Part shown: in pieces, positions 61,676 through 64,000 of the stretch
Position numbering within the stretch: the first letter of the stretch is position 1
Layout: every line of letters begins with the position of its first letter
From: Malacoraja senta
Taxonomy: Eukaryota
Direction of reading: 5' to 3'
NCBI GenBank assembly: GCA_038087875.1
Contig: CM075989.1
Coordinates: 18,788,001-18,852,000 of the forward strand
Length of the DNA stretch: 64,000 nucleotides
The notes under the pieces: model-generated
Databases searched by the model: none
What the model was told of the DNA's origin: nothing
The model's input: the letters and a program-made list of their open reading frames with translations, nothing else
Made by a program: the position numbers and the translations under genes

Positions 61676-63273
61676 CCAAAGTTCAGAACAATTCTTTGGC
61701 CGCAGTGCACTTTGGAATGTCCAGAGGATGTGAACGCCGTTGTATTAATGAAAACCTCTTCCTTAAACCTAACTGTTGTTCACTCTGAATAAACAACTTC
61801 AGGAAAACACATTTTAATTATCAACTGAATAATAGCCACTGACTTAGTTGGTTTACCTTCGTGGGCACTGGATCTTTCACAAATATTTTTATAATTATAG
61901 ATACTCACTTGGGGATTTGATATTTTTCTGTACGTTAAATTCTTCATTTATTTTTTTCCCCCATTAGATGCCATTCGATTTGCTTGTTGCACAGGTTGTT
62001 CTAAGTTATTGAGGTACAGTGTGCCCAATGGTTTCATGAGAAGGCCAAACATTCTGCAATTGACTTTTGATTAGGTCTTTCTATAAATTTGAACATCTGG
62101 TTATTATCGCACTAAATCCCAGACATGTACCATCACGTTTAAATAAAGTATAGCTGTACACAATTAAGCATAAAGCAGATTTTAATCACCAAACCATTCA
62201 TAGTTCAGTGTGAACGGAGAGATGATCATAAGATCAACAGTGGTGAGTAGAATTAGGCCATTCGGCCCATCAAGTCTACTACGACATTCAATCATGGCTG
62301 ATCTATCTCTCCCTCCTAAACCGCACCCTCTCCATAACTCCTGACACCCATACTAATCAAGAATGATTGCACACAGAACTGGTCTTCAACTTCTTGTCAA
62401 TCAGGAGATGTGACAAGGCTTGATAAATGAGATGTAATCAGGGATGTTTACATCAAATACAGTTTAAGAGACATTTGGACAGGTACGTGGATAGGATAGG
62501 TTTAGAGGGTTATGGGCTAAGCATGGCCAGGTGGGATTCGTGTAGATGGGGCACGTTGGTCGGCATGGGCAAGTTGGGCCAAAGGGCCTGTTTCCATGGT
62601 GTATGACACTGACTTCATGCAGCTTTTTGGATGAGGTGGTACTGACCCAGCACAATCACACCGGGACATTGAAAAGACCAGACTCTCCCTTTGCCAGTCG
62701 AAAGTTATTAGAGTTTGAAGAAAGATAATCATGTTATTGGCAAATAACATCTTTTATTTAAAGGAAAGATTTGTTCAAATAGAACTTACTCCAACCATTT
62801 CTTGTGCTGAATATTATTTTCCTACACCGTATGACACAGTTGTGTAGGTCTTTAAAGTGTTTCCTCCAGTCGACAATGACTGCCTGTATCTTTGATAACT
62901 CCACCGCCATTTTCAATTGGCAATGGAATGAGAGCTTGCTCGTCTCCTGCCAGCGAGTTGTTGAGTTTTCAGTGTTCTTTACATCTTTCTTTTCTTTAGG
63001 TCCTCAGTTTTCTGCAGGTGACCTCCAAGATCAGGAACAGCTTCTCCCTAACAACCAACAGGCTATTGAACACCACAAAACACCAACAAAACTTTGAATT
63101 GTCTTGGTTGCACTCAGGACTTCCAGCTTTTTTTTTGCTTTGCACTAATATTGTTTTTTTTTTTTAATTTATTGAATAACTCTACTGCTGTGCCGCCCCA
63201 AGGTGAATTCCTAAGACGTTACAACTAAAAGACAAATCTCAATAATTTCTCTGGACTTCATCTCAGATACAAT

Positions 63274-63573
63274 GGGCAGCACGGTGGCGCAGCAGTAGAG
63301 TTGCTGCCATCCTGCACCAGGGACCCGGGTTCGATCCTGACTACAGGTGCTGTCCGTAGGGAGTTTGTATGTTCTCCCCGGGACCTCGCAGGTTTTCTCC
63401 AGGTGCTCCGGTTTCCTCCCTCACTGCAAAGGCATACAGTTTGTAGGTTAATTTTCTTTGGGTAAAATTGTTAATTGGCCCTGGTGTGTAGGATAGTGTT
63501 AGTGTTCAGGGTCGCCGCGGATGCGGTGGGCCGAGGAGCGCATCTCCGTGCCGTATCTCTGAACTAAACTAAA
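63274..63573 (+). mobile_element. tRNA-derived V-SINE (HE1-like), full length
   Basis: gggcagcacggtggcgcagcagtagag..gggttcgatcctg..V-domain..(AACTA)n tail. Confidence 0.88.
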
Positions 63574-64000
63574 CACAAGAAAAACTATCCAAGAAGTATT
63601 TTTCTGTATCATTCTGCAGCAAATGAAACATTAAAGTGGTGTTGGTGCTTCAATCTAAAACACTTAATGACCACATCAAGGCAGCAAAATCAAGGAAGTC
63701 AGCGGGTCATGCAGTAAAATAATTTCTGCTTTAATAAAAATAAAGGTTGCTAAATTCATACGGTCTTAATGGATTAGCAACATTAATCTTCAAACAAATT
63801 ATTGACTGTGACAACAAAGACTTTATTTTGCCTAGACATTTTACTCATTGGGTACCTTTTAATGAAGAGTGTCACAGCATGTCCTGTTATTAATCATAGA
63901 CATTACGTTGGTTGCTGTGACTATTTTTTAAAAACATTCTCTTAGTCTAAGACATGTCGATACTTGTCACAGTCATGTGCATTCTCACTCAACCAGTTGC

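Noticed and set aside
223..63097. The many 60-160-aa ORFs in the track
   Set aside because: Most overlap SINE, CR1, Rex1 or Penelope copies (recurring GPSAQL, ETSPIPS and KLHTDST strings); the rest show no recognisable homology.

Overview
This is repeat-dense vertebrate genomic DNA, most likely from a cartilaginous fish (skate/ray/shark, inferred from HE1-type V-SINEs with CR1-derived tails). I can support one host gene, a TNFAIP8L3/TIPE3-like gene on the + strand. It has a 46-nt first coding exon (29872-29917) that the ORF track misses, a 29,685-bp intron and a large last coding exon (59603-60168), giving a 203-aa protein. The rest is mostly mobile DNA. It includes a full-length 1,616-bp Passport-like Tc1 (DD34E, IR/DR) transposon whose transposase ORF is broken by one stop codon, Rex1/Babar and CR1 LINE fragments, about 17 V-SINE copies and two PIF/Harbinger-type MITEs. 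It also holds roughly 25-30 short Penelope-derived insertions. Their terminal repeat carries a minimal hammerhead-ribozyme core (CUGAAGA-stem II-GAAAC-GUH). These cores occur singly, in inverted pairs flanked by 10-14-bp target-site duplications, inside the gene intron, and once as a 41-nt tandem array; this is the most interesting system in the window. All alignments, counts and family names were made by eye or from memory. Repeat boundaries are approximate unless a TSD is quoted.
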